This document shows, one piece after another, positions 45,893-54,624 of a DNA stretch of 64,000 nucleotides. Each line of letters opens with the position of its first letter. Within the stretch, counting starts at the first letter, position 1. The position numbers and the translations under genes were made by a program. The notes beneath the pieces are model-generated. The model did no database searches, had not been told where the DNA came from, and saw only the letters and a program-made list of their open reading frames with translations. Origin of the DNA: Thermoleophilia bacterium (GTDB lineage: Bacteria; Actinomycetota; Thermoleophilia; BMS3ABIN01); assembly GCA_041658605.1 (NCBI GenBank), contig JBAZZU010000009.1:6032-70031 (forward strand). The letters are read 5' to 3'.

Positions 45893-47263
45893 TCAGGCCG
45901 GCCTTTGCAGTTCAAATCGCGCCACAACCTCGATATGGGGTGTGTGCGGGAACATGTCGACGGCGCCGATCCTCAAAAGCCGGTAGCCGCCCTCGGCCAG
46001 CTGTGCTGCGTTGCCTGCCATCGTGGATGCATTGCACGACACATATACCAGTCTGGGCGCTTCCAGCTCGAGGATTCGCTGTATCTCTTTTTTGCTGGCG
46101 CCGGCCCGGGGCGGGTCGAGTACGATCAGGTCAGGCGCCGCTTCAGGCCGCAGGTCTTTCAGGACCGATCGCACTCTTCCAGCCAAGAATGTAGCATTGC
46201 CGATGCGATTGGCGTAAGCATTGATGTCCGCCAGCCTGACGGCGTCCTCGACTATCTCCACCCCCATGACTTCGCGGCAGCTTTGGGCGAAGAACAGGGC
46301 GATGGAGCCGATGCCTGAGTACAGGTCAAGGACATGCTCGTCACCTCGCGGCTCTGCGTATGAGAGTGCTTTGCGGTAAAGGCGCTCAGCCATCAGGGTA
46401 TTTGTCTGAAGGAACGATGACGGAGAAACCTGAAGTCGCAGGCCGCAAAGCTCCTCAAAGATATGGTCCCGCCCCGCGAGAACTGTATATGGAAAACCCC
46501 CCGCGACCGAGGCCCTGGTCGCGTTGACGCTCCAGACGAGAGATTTGATCTGGGGAAAATCGGCAGCCAGCCCGCTTGCGAGACGTTCCGCGTCCGGAAA
46601 ATCTCCCTGTCCCGTTACGATATTGACCATGACCTCGCCGGTGTTTTTGCCCTCCCTGATGACCAGGTGGCGCCAGAAGCCTTTCCCGCTATCCTGGTCA
46701 TGGACCCCGGCGCCGGAAGCGCGGGCAAATCCGCGGACATGGTTTCTTATCCCGTTTGTGATTTTGGAATGTAGCAGGCAGTCCTCCACATCCATGACCG
46801 AGCGCCACTGGCCCGGTAAATGAAAGCCAAGCACGAGGCCGGATTCGTTTTCAGCAAAGGAGAACTCGACCTTGTTGCGATAGCGCCAGAGAGGGTCGGC
46901 ACCTATGGGGGCATCGATCTCAAAGCCGCTTTGTCCGCCTATATGCTCAAGACACTCGACCACCTGGCTCTGTTTGTACTGGAGCTGTTTCTCGTACGTC
47001 AGTGTCTGCCAGGAGCAACCGCCACAGACGCCGAAGTGCCTACAGGCAGGTGCTATCCGCGCGCGGGATGGGTTCAGGATTTCCAGTGTACGGGCTTCCG
47101 CCCAGGACGCCTTTGATTTCGTTATAACCGCTCTTACGACATCTCCGGGTACGGCGCCCTCAACGAAGATAACGTAGCCCTGCTGTCGGGCGACCCCCTT
47201 GCCGCCAAAGGCGAGGTTGTTTACTTCCAGCTCCAGCTCTTCATTTAGTCCCGGTTTGTTCAA
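45893..47263 (-). CDS. rlmD: 23S rRNA (uracil-5-)-methyltransferase RlmD/RumA (TRAM + 4Fe-4S + SAM MTase)
   Basis: TRAM domain N-terminus, CRHFGVCGGCSWQ cluster, SAM-binding DLYSGIGSI, catalytic-Cys region near the C-terminus. Confidence 0.8.
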   Translation of the reverse strand: MNKPGLNEELELEVNNLAFGGKGVARQQGYVIFVEGAVPGDVVRAVITKSKASWAEARTLEILNPSRARIAPACRHFGVCGGCSWQTLTYEKQLQYKQSQVVECLEHIGGQSGFEIDAPIGADPLWRYRNKVEFSFAENESGLVLGFHLPGQWRSVMDVEDCLLHSKITNGIRNHVRGFARASGAGVHDQDSGKGFWRHLVIREGKNTGEVMVNIVTGQGDFPDAERLASGLAADFPQIKSLVWSVNATRASVAGGFPYTVLAGRDHIFEELCGLRLQVSPSSFLQTNTLMAERLYRKALSYAEPRGDEHVLDLYSGIGSIALFFAQSCREVMGVEIVEDAVRLADINAYANRIGNATFLAGRVRSVLKDLRPEAAPDLIVLDPPRAGASKKEIQRILELEAPRLVYVSCNASTMAGNAAQLAEGGYRLLRIGAVDMFPHTPHIEVVARFELQRPA

Positions 47264-47456
47264 TATGCTCAGATCTGTAATATTTTTCAGTTTATTTGTA
47301 GCGAATGTACAAACTCAAGCATAGCAGTTGGAAAAGCACAGGAAAAAATGGGGGGCCTCACGTTTAAATGTGAATTATACCCGGGATAATGCAACGCAGC
47401 AGGCTACAGGTACCGGCTTCCTTAAATCAGCCACGCATGGCCGTTAAATCGCCGCT

Positions 47457-48026
47457 TTAAGCCGCCGGAAATGTCTGGAGCCTGGGATAGATATAGTACT
47501 CGTCTACCATCGACGACATGGTCATCGGGCCGAACATGGACCAGTCGATATCCTTTGCCGTTGTACGGTTTACTGTTACCTTTGCAGCAATCTCGTCGCT
47601 CTTAATCCCCTGGTCGACCCCGTACATAGTGACCGTTACCCTGGATATCTCAGGATATTCGAACAGGTAAGCCATTACATTACCGGAAGATGAGGCCATT
47701 GTTCCCTCAACGGAACCGTCGCCGCACGTTGCAGGCCGGTCGACTCCGATCTCAACAATCTTATCCATTCCTTCGCCTGAGAGGGTTGCATGTCGCACCT
47801 GCATTGTCCTGCCAAAGCCGCCGGAAACAGCTTCCTGGAGATATACCTGCGTTAGCAAAGGAGGCTCAGAGGCATCTTTTTGAGTGGAGTCATTACGAAA
47901 AGCACCAGTGCCGTAACCGCAACCGGTTATCAGGGCGCATAGCAGAACGGCCGCAAGAGTTCCAAAAATAAGGACTGTTGCGCCGCGGGATATTCGCCTG
48001 TTTTTTCTGGGTGTTACGAAGGTCAT
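47457..48026 (-). CDS. Hypothetical lipoprotein
   Basis: Signal peptide with lipobox LITGCG, about 189 aa. Confidence 0.35.
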   Translation of the reverse strand: MTFVTPRKNRRISRGATVLIFGTLAAVLLCALITGCGYGTGAFRNDSTQKDASEPPLLTQVYLQEAVSGGFGRTMQVRHATLSGEGMDKIVEIGVDRPATCGDGSVEGTMASSSGNVMAYLFEYPEISRVTVTMYGVDQGIKSDEIAAKVTVNRTTAKDIDWSMFGPMTMSSMVDEYYIYPRLQTFPAA

Positions 48027-48755
48027 TTTTCACACACCTATATAGTTATCGTTAGTACACGTTGCTTTTAGATTACTGCAAATTTCATGCCAAAGTAGGG
48101 TTTTCTTTACAGACGTGATTGTGGCCGCGAAATTTCAGTGTTAAAACGCCAGGATCTCAAAACCAATGCAAATTTCTGTGTTAAATCATACACTCGGTTG
48201 TGGCATTTGGCGTAGATTCGTATGTGGATTGCAGATCCCACCTACCTTTCTTCTTTCATTATGGATGTTAAGCGCATTCGCCTCGCCCTGCTTCTGTGCT
48301 ATTAAAAGGAGCATTCAGGTCAGGTTTTTAGTTTCTTCGGGGTTATCTTCTTGAATAATTCAAAAGTTGGCACGATTTCTGCTCTTTAGGAACGTGAAAG
48401 CGTTTATTTGTTCCTTCACTCTTCGGTCTGGGTCAAATGTTCGCTTTTTCATCATCCTCCGGCTCCGGCTAACCACCGGAGCCTTACAGACAGCCGGTTA
48501 ACGCACCCCCCAGTTTCAGCGCCGGAGAATATAGACCCAGCTGAAGACTTTCTGAAATTGAGACAAAGACTGGGAATGGTGTTGCGATCGGATTGCTGCT
48601 TCCTCGAATCCAAATAATTCGCATCAAGCCTTTCCCCAAAGTCAGAGATGTCTGAAGCTACCTGGATATGCTTTTTGGGAGGTGGTAATTGAAAAATTGA
48701 ATGACCGGATAGGAGCTTTTACCTATTGCGAGTTCTAGAAAACGAAGGAGTGAAA

Positions 48756-49667
48756 ATGAAGGTAAAACAGGATAAGAAAGAGCTGGAAGAGATCACTTCA
48801 GGCTCCAAACCAGGTAGCGTTATATCGAGGCGTAAGTTCATGAGTCGGGGCGCTCTGGTTGTGGGAGCCGCCGGAGCCACCGTTGCCGCAACCGGAGGTC
48901 TGGGCTTGCTGGGTAGTTCATTTGCGAGCGCACAAACCTGCGCGACGCTTCCCGGCACCGTCAAGCATCCTCGCGGCACCTGGGGCTATCCCACCGCTGG
49001 CCTGGACGCCAACGCGGTTGCCGAGCGGGCTTATCAGGGTTTTTGGGTAAATGCCTGCTGCTGGGCTGTCGTGGATGGTGTCATCGGCACCCTCCAGGAA
49101 ACATTGGGTTCTCCTTATACGAATCTTGATCTGATGGCCTTCAAGTTCGGGGCCGGCGGTATCAATGGCTGGGGTACAACGTGTGGCACGTGCTTAGGCG
49201 GCGTTCTTTGCGCCAACATCATAGCCGGCGTAACCGGTACAGCCGACAAGGGCTCCCAGATGGGTAATGATCTTATGGGTTATTACGCTCAGTCATCATT
49301 CCCTTTGTATACACCTGTCGTATCGAAATACGCGGCGGTAGGCGGCACCAAGCCCGAATATCTGCCTGGTGGGATAATTCCCACATCAATCTCAGATTCA
49401 CCGCTATGCCATGTATCAACAAGCAAATGGATGGCAGCGGCCACGATAGCAAACGGCGGAGTCCCGATTCTGTCCGGTAGCAATGAGAGAAAAGAAAGAT
49501 GTGCCAGGGTCGCGGGAACAATGGCCAGAAAGACTGTAGAGCTGCTCAACGCCTGGAAAGCCGGCACCTATGTAGCCGGTGGCTTCCACGCTAACGGAAG
49601 CGCCTCAGTTACGTCCGATCCCGGACGGCCCTCACAGTACAATTGTGGCGATTGCCATACTGCATAG
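48756..49667 (+). CDS. Tat-signal, cysteine-rich putative redox protein (C_GCAxxG_C_C-like core) with C-terminal CxxCH
   Basis: ATG 48756 preceded by GAAGGAG. SRRKFMSRGALVVGAAGA twin-arginine signal. NACCWAVV and GWGTTCGTCLGGVLCANII resemble the C-GCAxxG-C-C family. The terminal CGDCH is a heme-c-type CxxCH. Confidence 0.45.
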   Translation: MKVKQDKKELEEITSGSKPGSVISRRKFMSRGALVVGAAGATVAATGGLGLLGSSFASAQTCATLPGTVKHPRGTWGYPTAGLDANAVAERAYQGFWVNACCWAVVDGVIGTLQETLGSPYTNLDLMAFKFGAGGINGWGTTCGTCLGGVLCANIIAGVTGTADKGSQMGNDLMGYYAQSSFPLYTPVVSKYAAVGGTKPEYLPGGIIPTSISDSPLCHVSTSKWMAAATIANGGVPILSGSNERKERCARVAGTMARKTVELLNAWKAGTYVAGGFHANGSASVTSDPGRPSQYNCGDCHTA

Positions 49668-49720
49668 GCAGTGAACAGGTTACCCAGAATGACTTCACAA
49701 ACAATCAAGAGGAGAAGGAA

Positions 49721-50188
49721 ATGAAGTTAAAAAGGAAACTGGGCCTTGTCGCTGCGGTAGCTGCTTTGATGACCCTGGCTTTGTCGTTGGGAGCTAGCGG
49801 TATTGTCAGCGCAAGCACACCCCCGGATCCGGTATCGTGTTATTGTACGCAGCCCCTGTTAAGCCTGACCAAAGCAAGTGTGTACTGGGGCAGCTATAGT
49901 GATTACACGAGCAGGGCTCTTTCAGTTAATTATGACATAAGCAATAACTCAGCTAACTATGCAAATGCTCACAGCCTTGAGATTGTCGGCGCCACCAGTA
50001 CGAACGGTGTGACTTTGCTCGACAATGGACGCAATGTAAATATGGTCCCTGCCGGCGAATGTGAGCTTGTGACGGTGAAATACACCGTGCCACCCGGAGT
50101 CGGTTCCTATAACACGACTGTTTACGCGACAACCAGTGATCAGTGTGGTAATTCATACAGTTACCCGGGACCGATGCCAACACCATAG
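49721..50188 (+). CDS. Secreted hypothetical protein (Sec signal peptide)
   Basis: ATG 49721 preceded by GAGGAGAAGGAA. Cleavable signal (AAVAALMTLALSLGASG). Ser/Thr/Asn/Tyr-rich mature region. Confidence 0.4.
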   Translation: MKLKRKLGLVAAVAALMTLALSLGASGIVSASTPPDPVSCYCTQPLLSLTKASVYWGSYSDYTSRALSVNYDISNNSANYANAHSLEIVGATSTNGVTLLDNGRNVNMVPAGECELVTVKYTVPPGVGSYNTTVYATTSDQCGNSYSYPGPMPTP

Positions 50189-50240
50189 AGTAGTCATACG
50201 TGATCAAATGGCTATTTTGCGTATGTGAAAGGAGCACGAT

Positions 50241-50378
50241 ATGTCAGACATGCGATGCGGCAGTCGGGAGCTATATGTGAAACCAGCGGTTGCGAAACAA
50301 GACAACCTGAAGAAAATCACATTCGAGTGTCCACAATGGCAGTGCAGCGTCACGGTTCCACCACCACCTGCGCCATAG
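50241..50378 (+). CDS. Small Cys-containing peptide (45 aa), below the ORF-track cutoff
   Basis: Strong SD (GAAAGGAG) 7 nt upstream of the ATG. Cys at positions 6, 30 and 35, Pro-rich tail. Followed by a perfect hairpin at 50409-50433. Confidence 0.3.
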   Translation: MSDMRCGSRELYVKPAVAKQDNLKKITFECPQWQCSVTVPPPPAP

Positions 50379-50408
50379 AAAACATATAAGTCAGTAAGTG
50401 ATTCGAGA

Positions 50409-50433
50409 CATGGGGCCCCATGCGGGCCCCATG
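50409..50433 (+). terminator. Perfect 10-bp GC-rich hairpin (CATGGGGCCC-catgc-GGGCCCCATG) with weak downstream T-tract
   Basis: Read directly from the sequence, downstream of the 45-aa ORF and upstream of tatA copy 1. Confidence 0.35.
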
Positions 50434-50480
50434 TTCATGCAGTCTTCTTATCAATGTAACTGGATAAAGGAGCAAACAAA

Positions 50481-50636
50481 ATGCCATCAATCGGCTGGCA
50501 GGAGCTAATTATCGTATTAATTATCCTTCTTGTTATTATCGGGCCCAAAAGGTTATCGGAATTGGGCCGCTCAACAGGCAAGGGAATACTGGAGTTCAAG
50601 AAGTCGAGTAAAGACAACGGGGAAATGTCAGCGTAG
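50481..50636 (+). CDS. tatA: TatA/TatE-family protein, copy 1 (51 aa, lower GC), below the ORF-track cutoff
   Basis: SD AAAGGAG. N-terminal TM helix then the GPKRLSELGRSTGKGILEFKK amphipathic hinge typical of TatA. Confidence 0.6.
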   Translation: MPSIGWQELIIVLIILLVIIGPKRLSELGRSTGKGILEFKKSSKDNGEMSA

Positions 50637-50730
50637 AGACTTTTTGACTTGACCTCTTACGTATCCTACAATGTCAAATGAATACAGATTTCGGCAATAA
50701 CTGCTTATCAATTCAAGGGAGCTGAAAATA

Positions 50731-50997
50731 ATGCCTTTTAATATGCCAGGTATGGGTGAGTGGATAATCATCCTGGTGATCCTTCTGGTCATCTTCGGAC
50801 CCAAGCGTCTGCCGGAACTCGGGCGTTCGCTGGGCAAGGGTATCAAGGAGTTCAAAAAATCGACCAACGAACTCACGGAGCAGCTGACCGCTGAAGAACC
50901 GAAGAAGACTACGGCAGAAACAGCAGAGAAGGAAGAGGCTGCCAAGAAGCCGGCAGAAAACGCTGAGTCAAAGACTTCTGAAACCAAAACGACTTAA
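50731..50997 (+). CDS. tatA: TatA, copy 2 (88 aa)
   Basis: [35 protein letters not shown] followed by acidic/Lys-rich tail. Confidence 0.75.
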   Translation: MPFNMPGMGEWIIILVILLVIFGPKRLPELGRSLGKGIKEFKKSTNELTEQLTAEEPKKTTAETAEKEEAAKKPAENAESKTSETKTT

Positions 50998-51029
50998 ACT
51001 TACCGTAAGCCACGGTAAAATCCCCTCCG

Positions 51030-51809
51030 GTGTCTGAGTTAACCAAAGAATACCATATGCCGTTGCTTGAGCATCTGGAAGAGCTGCGCAAACGGATAAT
51101 CAGGTCAATCATAGCGCTTGTTCTGGGTGTCGCCTTAGCTTTCGGGTTCAAGGACTACCTGTTGTATATCCTGGTAGTACCGCTCAATGGCAGAGAGCTC
51201 ATTACCCTTTCTCCCACTGAATCTTTTATGACGACGCTGAAGGTCGCTGGTTATGCCGGGATGATCCTTGCGTCCCCGGTGATCATTTACCAGATATGGG
51301 CTTTCATGGCGCCCGGGCTCAAGTCGAAAGAGAAGCGGGTAATATATTTCGCATCCTTCTTTACCACGATACTTTTCCTGATCGGAATCGTCTTTGCATG
51401 GTATGTGGTGCTGCCGCGCGGGCTTGATTTTCTCCTCAATTATCAGGCAGATTACTTTAACCAGCAGCTGCAGGCCGATCAGTACTTCTCCTTTGTTACC
51501 ATGTTCCTGCTTGGCTTTGGAATAATCTTCGAGACACCGGTCATGATATTGACATTGGCCAGGCTGGGAATCGTGAATACCCGCATGCTCAGGAAAAACC
51601 GCAAGTACGCAATTCTCATCGGCGCCATATTGAGCGCCGCGCTGACTCCCGGGCAGGACATTTTCTCCATGCTGATGATGGCGATACCGTTCCTGCTACT
51701 GTTCGAAATAAGCGTGCTGGCCAGCAGGTTCGTCCAGAGGACGAAGGCGAGCAAGGACGATGAGGAGATCGAGTTGGCCGACGACAGTGCCGGAGACACG
51801 GCGGGTTAG
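51030..51809 (+). CDS. tatC: Sec-independent translocase TatC
   Basis: LLEHLEELRKR N-terminus and six TM helices, about 259 aa. Confidence 0.8.
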   Translation: MSELTKEYHMPLLEHLEELRKRIIRSIIALVLGVALAFGFKDYLLYILVVPLNGRELITLSPTESFMTTLKVAGYAGMILASPVIIYQIWAFMAPGLKSKEKRVIYFASFFTTILFLIGIVFAWYVVLPRGLDFLLNYQADYFNQQLQADQYFSFVTMFLLGFGIIFETPVMILTLARLGIVNTRMLRKNRKYAILIGAILSAALTPGQDIFSMLMMAIPFLLLFEISVLASRFVQRTKASKDDEEIELADDSAGDTAG

Positions 51810-52622
51810 ATGGAATCACAACTGGACAGGAATACAGCTGCGTTGTTCGAGCCGGCGCCGGGGATGGCGATCCCGGATGAACCGCACACCCGTCTTGTCG
51901 ACCTGTCGGTCGTAGTTCCCGTTTTCAACGAAGAGGAACGCATTGTCAATACGGTAACCCTGCTGAGCGCCTATCTGGGCTCCCAGTGCAGGAGCTATGA
52001 AGTAATAATCTCGGACGACGGCAGCCACGATGACGGCCCGCGCCTTGTGCGAGAGCGCTTCGCCGGCAACGAAAACGTCAGGCTCATCGGGGACAGGGAG
52101 AACCGTGGCAAAGGAGCAGCCGTGCGGCGGGGAGTGCTGGCGGCGCGGGGAGACGTAATAATCTTCACTGACGCGGACCTTTCTTATCCCGTCGAGACAA
52201 TCGGCCTTTGCGTGGACGCACTTGCGGATTACGATGTCGCCGTAGGTTCCCGCAACATGCCGGACTCGGCGATCGAGATCACGCCAACGCTGCTTCGGCG
52301 CATCGCCGGCCCTGTCTTCAAGACGATGGTCAGAAGCCTGGTGATAAAGGGGTTCACCGACACCCAGTGTGGTTTCAAGGGTTTCCGGTCCCAGGCGGCC
52401 CACGATATCTTCACCAACTGCGCCGCCAACGGTTTTGCTTTTGATGTGGAGGCGCTGGCGCTGGCAAGGATTTTCGGATACAGCATCACCGAGGTTCCGG
52501 TCCGCCTGCTTGTGGATTCATCAGACTCCCGCATCAACCTGACAAGCGATCCCTTCAGGATGATTCAGGAGCTGCTTGAGATCCGGCGCAGACTTAGAAA
52601 AGTCAGGGAAGAAAAACAGTAG
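51810..52622 (+). CDS. Family-2 glycosyltransferase (polyprenyl-phosphate sugar synthase, DPM1-like)
   Basis: VVVPVFNEEERI, ISDDGSHD (DxD) and the QCGFKGF motif of GT2 polyprenol-phosphate glycosyltransferases. Confidence 0.75.
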   Translation: MESQLDRNTAALFEPAPGMAIPDEPHTRLVDLSVVVPVFNEEERIVNTVTLLSAYLGSQCRSYEVIISDDGSHDDGPRLVRERFAGNENVRLIGDRENRGKGAAVRRGVLAARGDVIIFTDADLSYPVETIGLCVDALADYDVAVGSRNMPDSAIEITPTLLRRIAGPVFKTMVRSLVIKGFTDTQCGFKGFRSQAAHDIFTNCAANGFAFDVEALALARIFGYSITEVPVRLLVDSSDSRINLTSDPFRMIQELLEIRRRLRKVREEKQ

Positions 52623-52732
52623 CATTCCGGCAGCGTCCCGCGACAGGGAAAATCCCGGTCCACATGCTTCGCCTGCTTCAGCAATCCACAAAGGCGCCAT
52701 GGGGCGCCCGGCGTCGCGGAAAGAAAGCCGGG

Positions 52733-53653
52733 CTACTTTACCAGTTCTCCGAACCCCTCTACCCCTGTGTCCGACCTCACCCGGTAACGCAGCAGTTCAT
52801 ATGGGCCACTGCTCGCCTGTATCTCACCTGTTTTGGTAGTTGTAGCCAACAGATAGCCCGCTCCCTGCGCCGCGCGCGTCACATCGGCGTCGTACTTTCC
52901 CGCAGGATAGCAAAACCAGTAGACAGGATGGCCGAGGTGTGATTCGATCGCCGCGGCCGAGTCTTTCAGTTCGCGGTTCAGATCGGCGCCCGCAAGAGTC
53001 GTCAGGTCGGCATGGGTGCAGGTGTGTGAGCCGATATCCATTCCTTTTGAGTCGAGCCCGGCGACCTGCTCCCAGGTCATGTATTCAGGCGTGCCGACCA
53101 TTTCGCTGACGATATAGAAAGTGGCCGGGAAGTCGTACTTCTCGAGGATGGGAGCAGCGACCGTGTAGTTGTCCAGATAGCCGTCGTCCAGAGTGAGCAT
53201 CACCGGGTTCGTCGGCAGCGGCTCTCCCGAGAAGAGCGCCCTGAAAAGCTGTTTTTCAGAAACAGGACTGTAGCCCGACTTTTTAAGAAATCCCATCATG
53301 GCCTCGAAATCGGAAGCGGAAACAGTGAGGCCGCGGCGGATCTCATCGGCATCGGCGGGCGGGTCTCCAACGTGATGGAACATGAGAACCGGCAGTTTGA
53401 CCTCTCTGGCAGGGCTGGGAGCCTGCACGGGAAAGCTCAGGGGCTCGAAAGAAAGTCTGCTTTTATTATCATCGCCACCCACCGTTTCTGATGGTTCGGG
53501 TGTATGACAAAGAGCCGGTTCCTCATCGGTGGAAGCATCCGTAGCATCTGTTTCCGAGCCGCCACAGCCAGCCGCAAGAATTAGCAGGACCAAAAGCGCC
53601 AGCGCCAGCGCCAGGAAATGCAGACGTGTTCGATTAAGGGTGCGAGCCGTCAT
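52733..53653 (-). CDS. Polysaccharide deacetylase (NodB-homology) lipoprotein
   Basis: Lipobox LAAGCG. LTLDDGY and HTCTH NodB motifs. Confidence 0.75.
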   Translation of the reverse strand: MTARTLNRTRLHFLALALALLVLLILAAGCGGSETDATDASTDEEPALCHTPEPSETVGGDDNKSRLSFEPLSFPVQAPSPAREVKLPVLMFHHVGDPPADADEIRRGLTVSASDFEAMMGFLKKSGYSPVSEKQLFRALFSGEPLPTNPVMLTLDDGYLDNYTVAAPILEKYDFPATFYIVSEMVGTPEYMTWEQVAGLDSKGMDIGSHTCTHADLTTLAGADLNRELKDSAAAIESHLGHPVYWFCYPAGKYDADVTRAAQGAGYLLATTTKTGEIQASSGPYELLRYRVRSDTGVEGFGELVK

Positions 53654-53664
53654 ACCGTTCTCGT

Positions 53665-54624
53665 TCAGGGGGATTCCGTCGTCGGGGTTGTCGAAGCCGA
53701 CGTCGTTGATGTCTGGGTGGTATTTGTTGGAACTGTTGTGGCAGAAGCAGGCAGCTTCGGGATTCTCAAAATGGGAATAAGCATGTCCGCGGTGGGTTTT
53801 ACTCCAAAGGCGCCCTTTTCCCCCGCCAGCACATAGACCAGGGAAACCTGACCGATCCTGCTGTCGAGATTGTCCACCGACGAGACATCCACGCTCAGGA
53901 ATAGCGGTATCTCCGACCTGGGCGCATCCTCAGGCTCGGAACCGACCGCGAGCAGGCCCAGCTCCTTGAGGCTTAGCAGCATGTTCTTTTCCAGATCATC
54001 ATACGCCGGAGCCTGGCTATCATCGGCGCGGGTTATGAGGACGACCGCGTCGACCGGGATATCGTATCGCCCGCTGGTCGAATCCACCAGCGACCCCTGC
54101 AGGACGGGAAGCAGCTTCGAACCACCTGTCTTGCCGATATCCCTGGCCAGCTGCCTGCCGGCCACGGCGGTGAAATGGGAATCGTCCAGGGCGGCGAACT
54201 GGGGATCGGATTTCAGCTCGGCCTTGACCTTCGCGGTTGCCGCCGCTGAGTCGAAATGCGCGTTCAGGATCGTTGTGGAAACGATCTGTCCACCGGCGCC
54301 ATGAACCGCGGACGTAAGCTGGCGCTGGATTTCGTCACTGGTATTCGATGAGGCCACTAAAGCTATCTTTTTCCCCTGCAGCCGCCCTCCCACCAGGAAA
54401 GGAAAAGTGTCCTCCTGGAATCGCTGGCTGTTTGCCTGGTGACGGCTAAGAATGTTGTTCTCCTCACGAAGTTCGTCCAGGCCTTTCTGGATGTCCTCCA
54501 CTATCACCTCGCGCCCCACGTCGAGTACGCCGTTGCCGGATATGCTGATGCCAACAAGAACGCCGAGGCCCAGGGCCAGGAAGATGGCCATCAGGGACAA
54601 CAGGTGATATCGCCAGGTCAGCAT
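53665..54624 (-). CDS. Membrane-anchored secreted protein, possibly MctB-type copper transporter family
   Basis: Single N-terminal TM, about 319 aa, Ser/Thr/Pro-rich C-terminal tail. Resemblance to actinobacterial MctB (DUF3186) is by overall architecture only. Confidence 0.35.
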   Translation of the reverse strand: MLTWRYHLLSLMAIFLALGLGVLVGISISGNGVLDVGREVIVEDIQKGLDELREENNILSRHQANSQRFQEDTFPFLVGGRLQGKKIALVASSNTSDEIQRQLTSAVHGAGGQIVSTTILNAHFDSAAATAKVKAELKSDPQFAALDDSHFTAVAGRQLARDIGKTGGSKLLPVLQGSLVDSTSGRYDIPVDAVVLITRADDSQAPAYDDLEKNMLLSLKELGLLAVGSEPEDAPRSEIPLFLSVDVSSVDNLDSRIGQVSLVYVLAGEKGAFGVKPTADMLIPILRIPKLPASATTVPTNTTQTSTTSASTTPTTESP

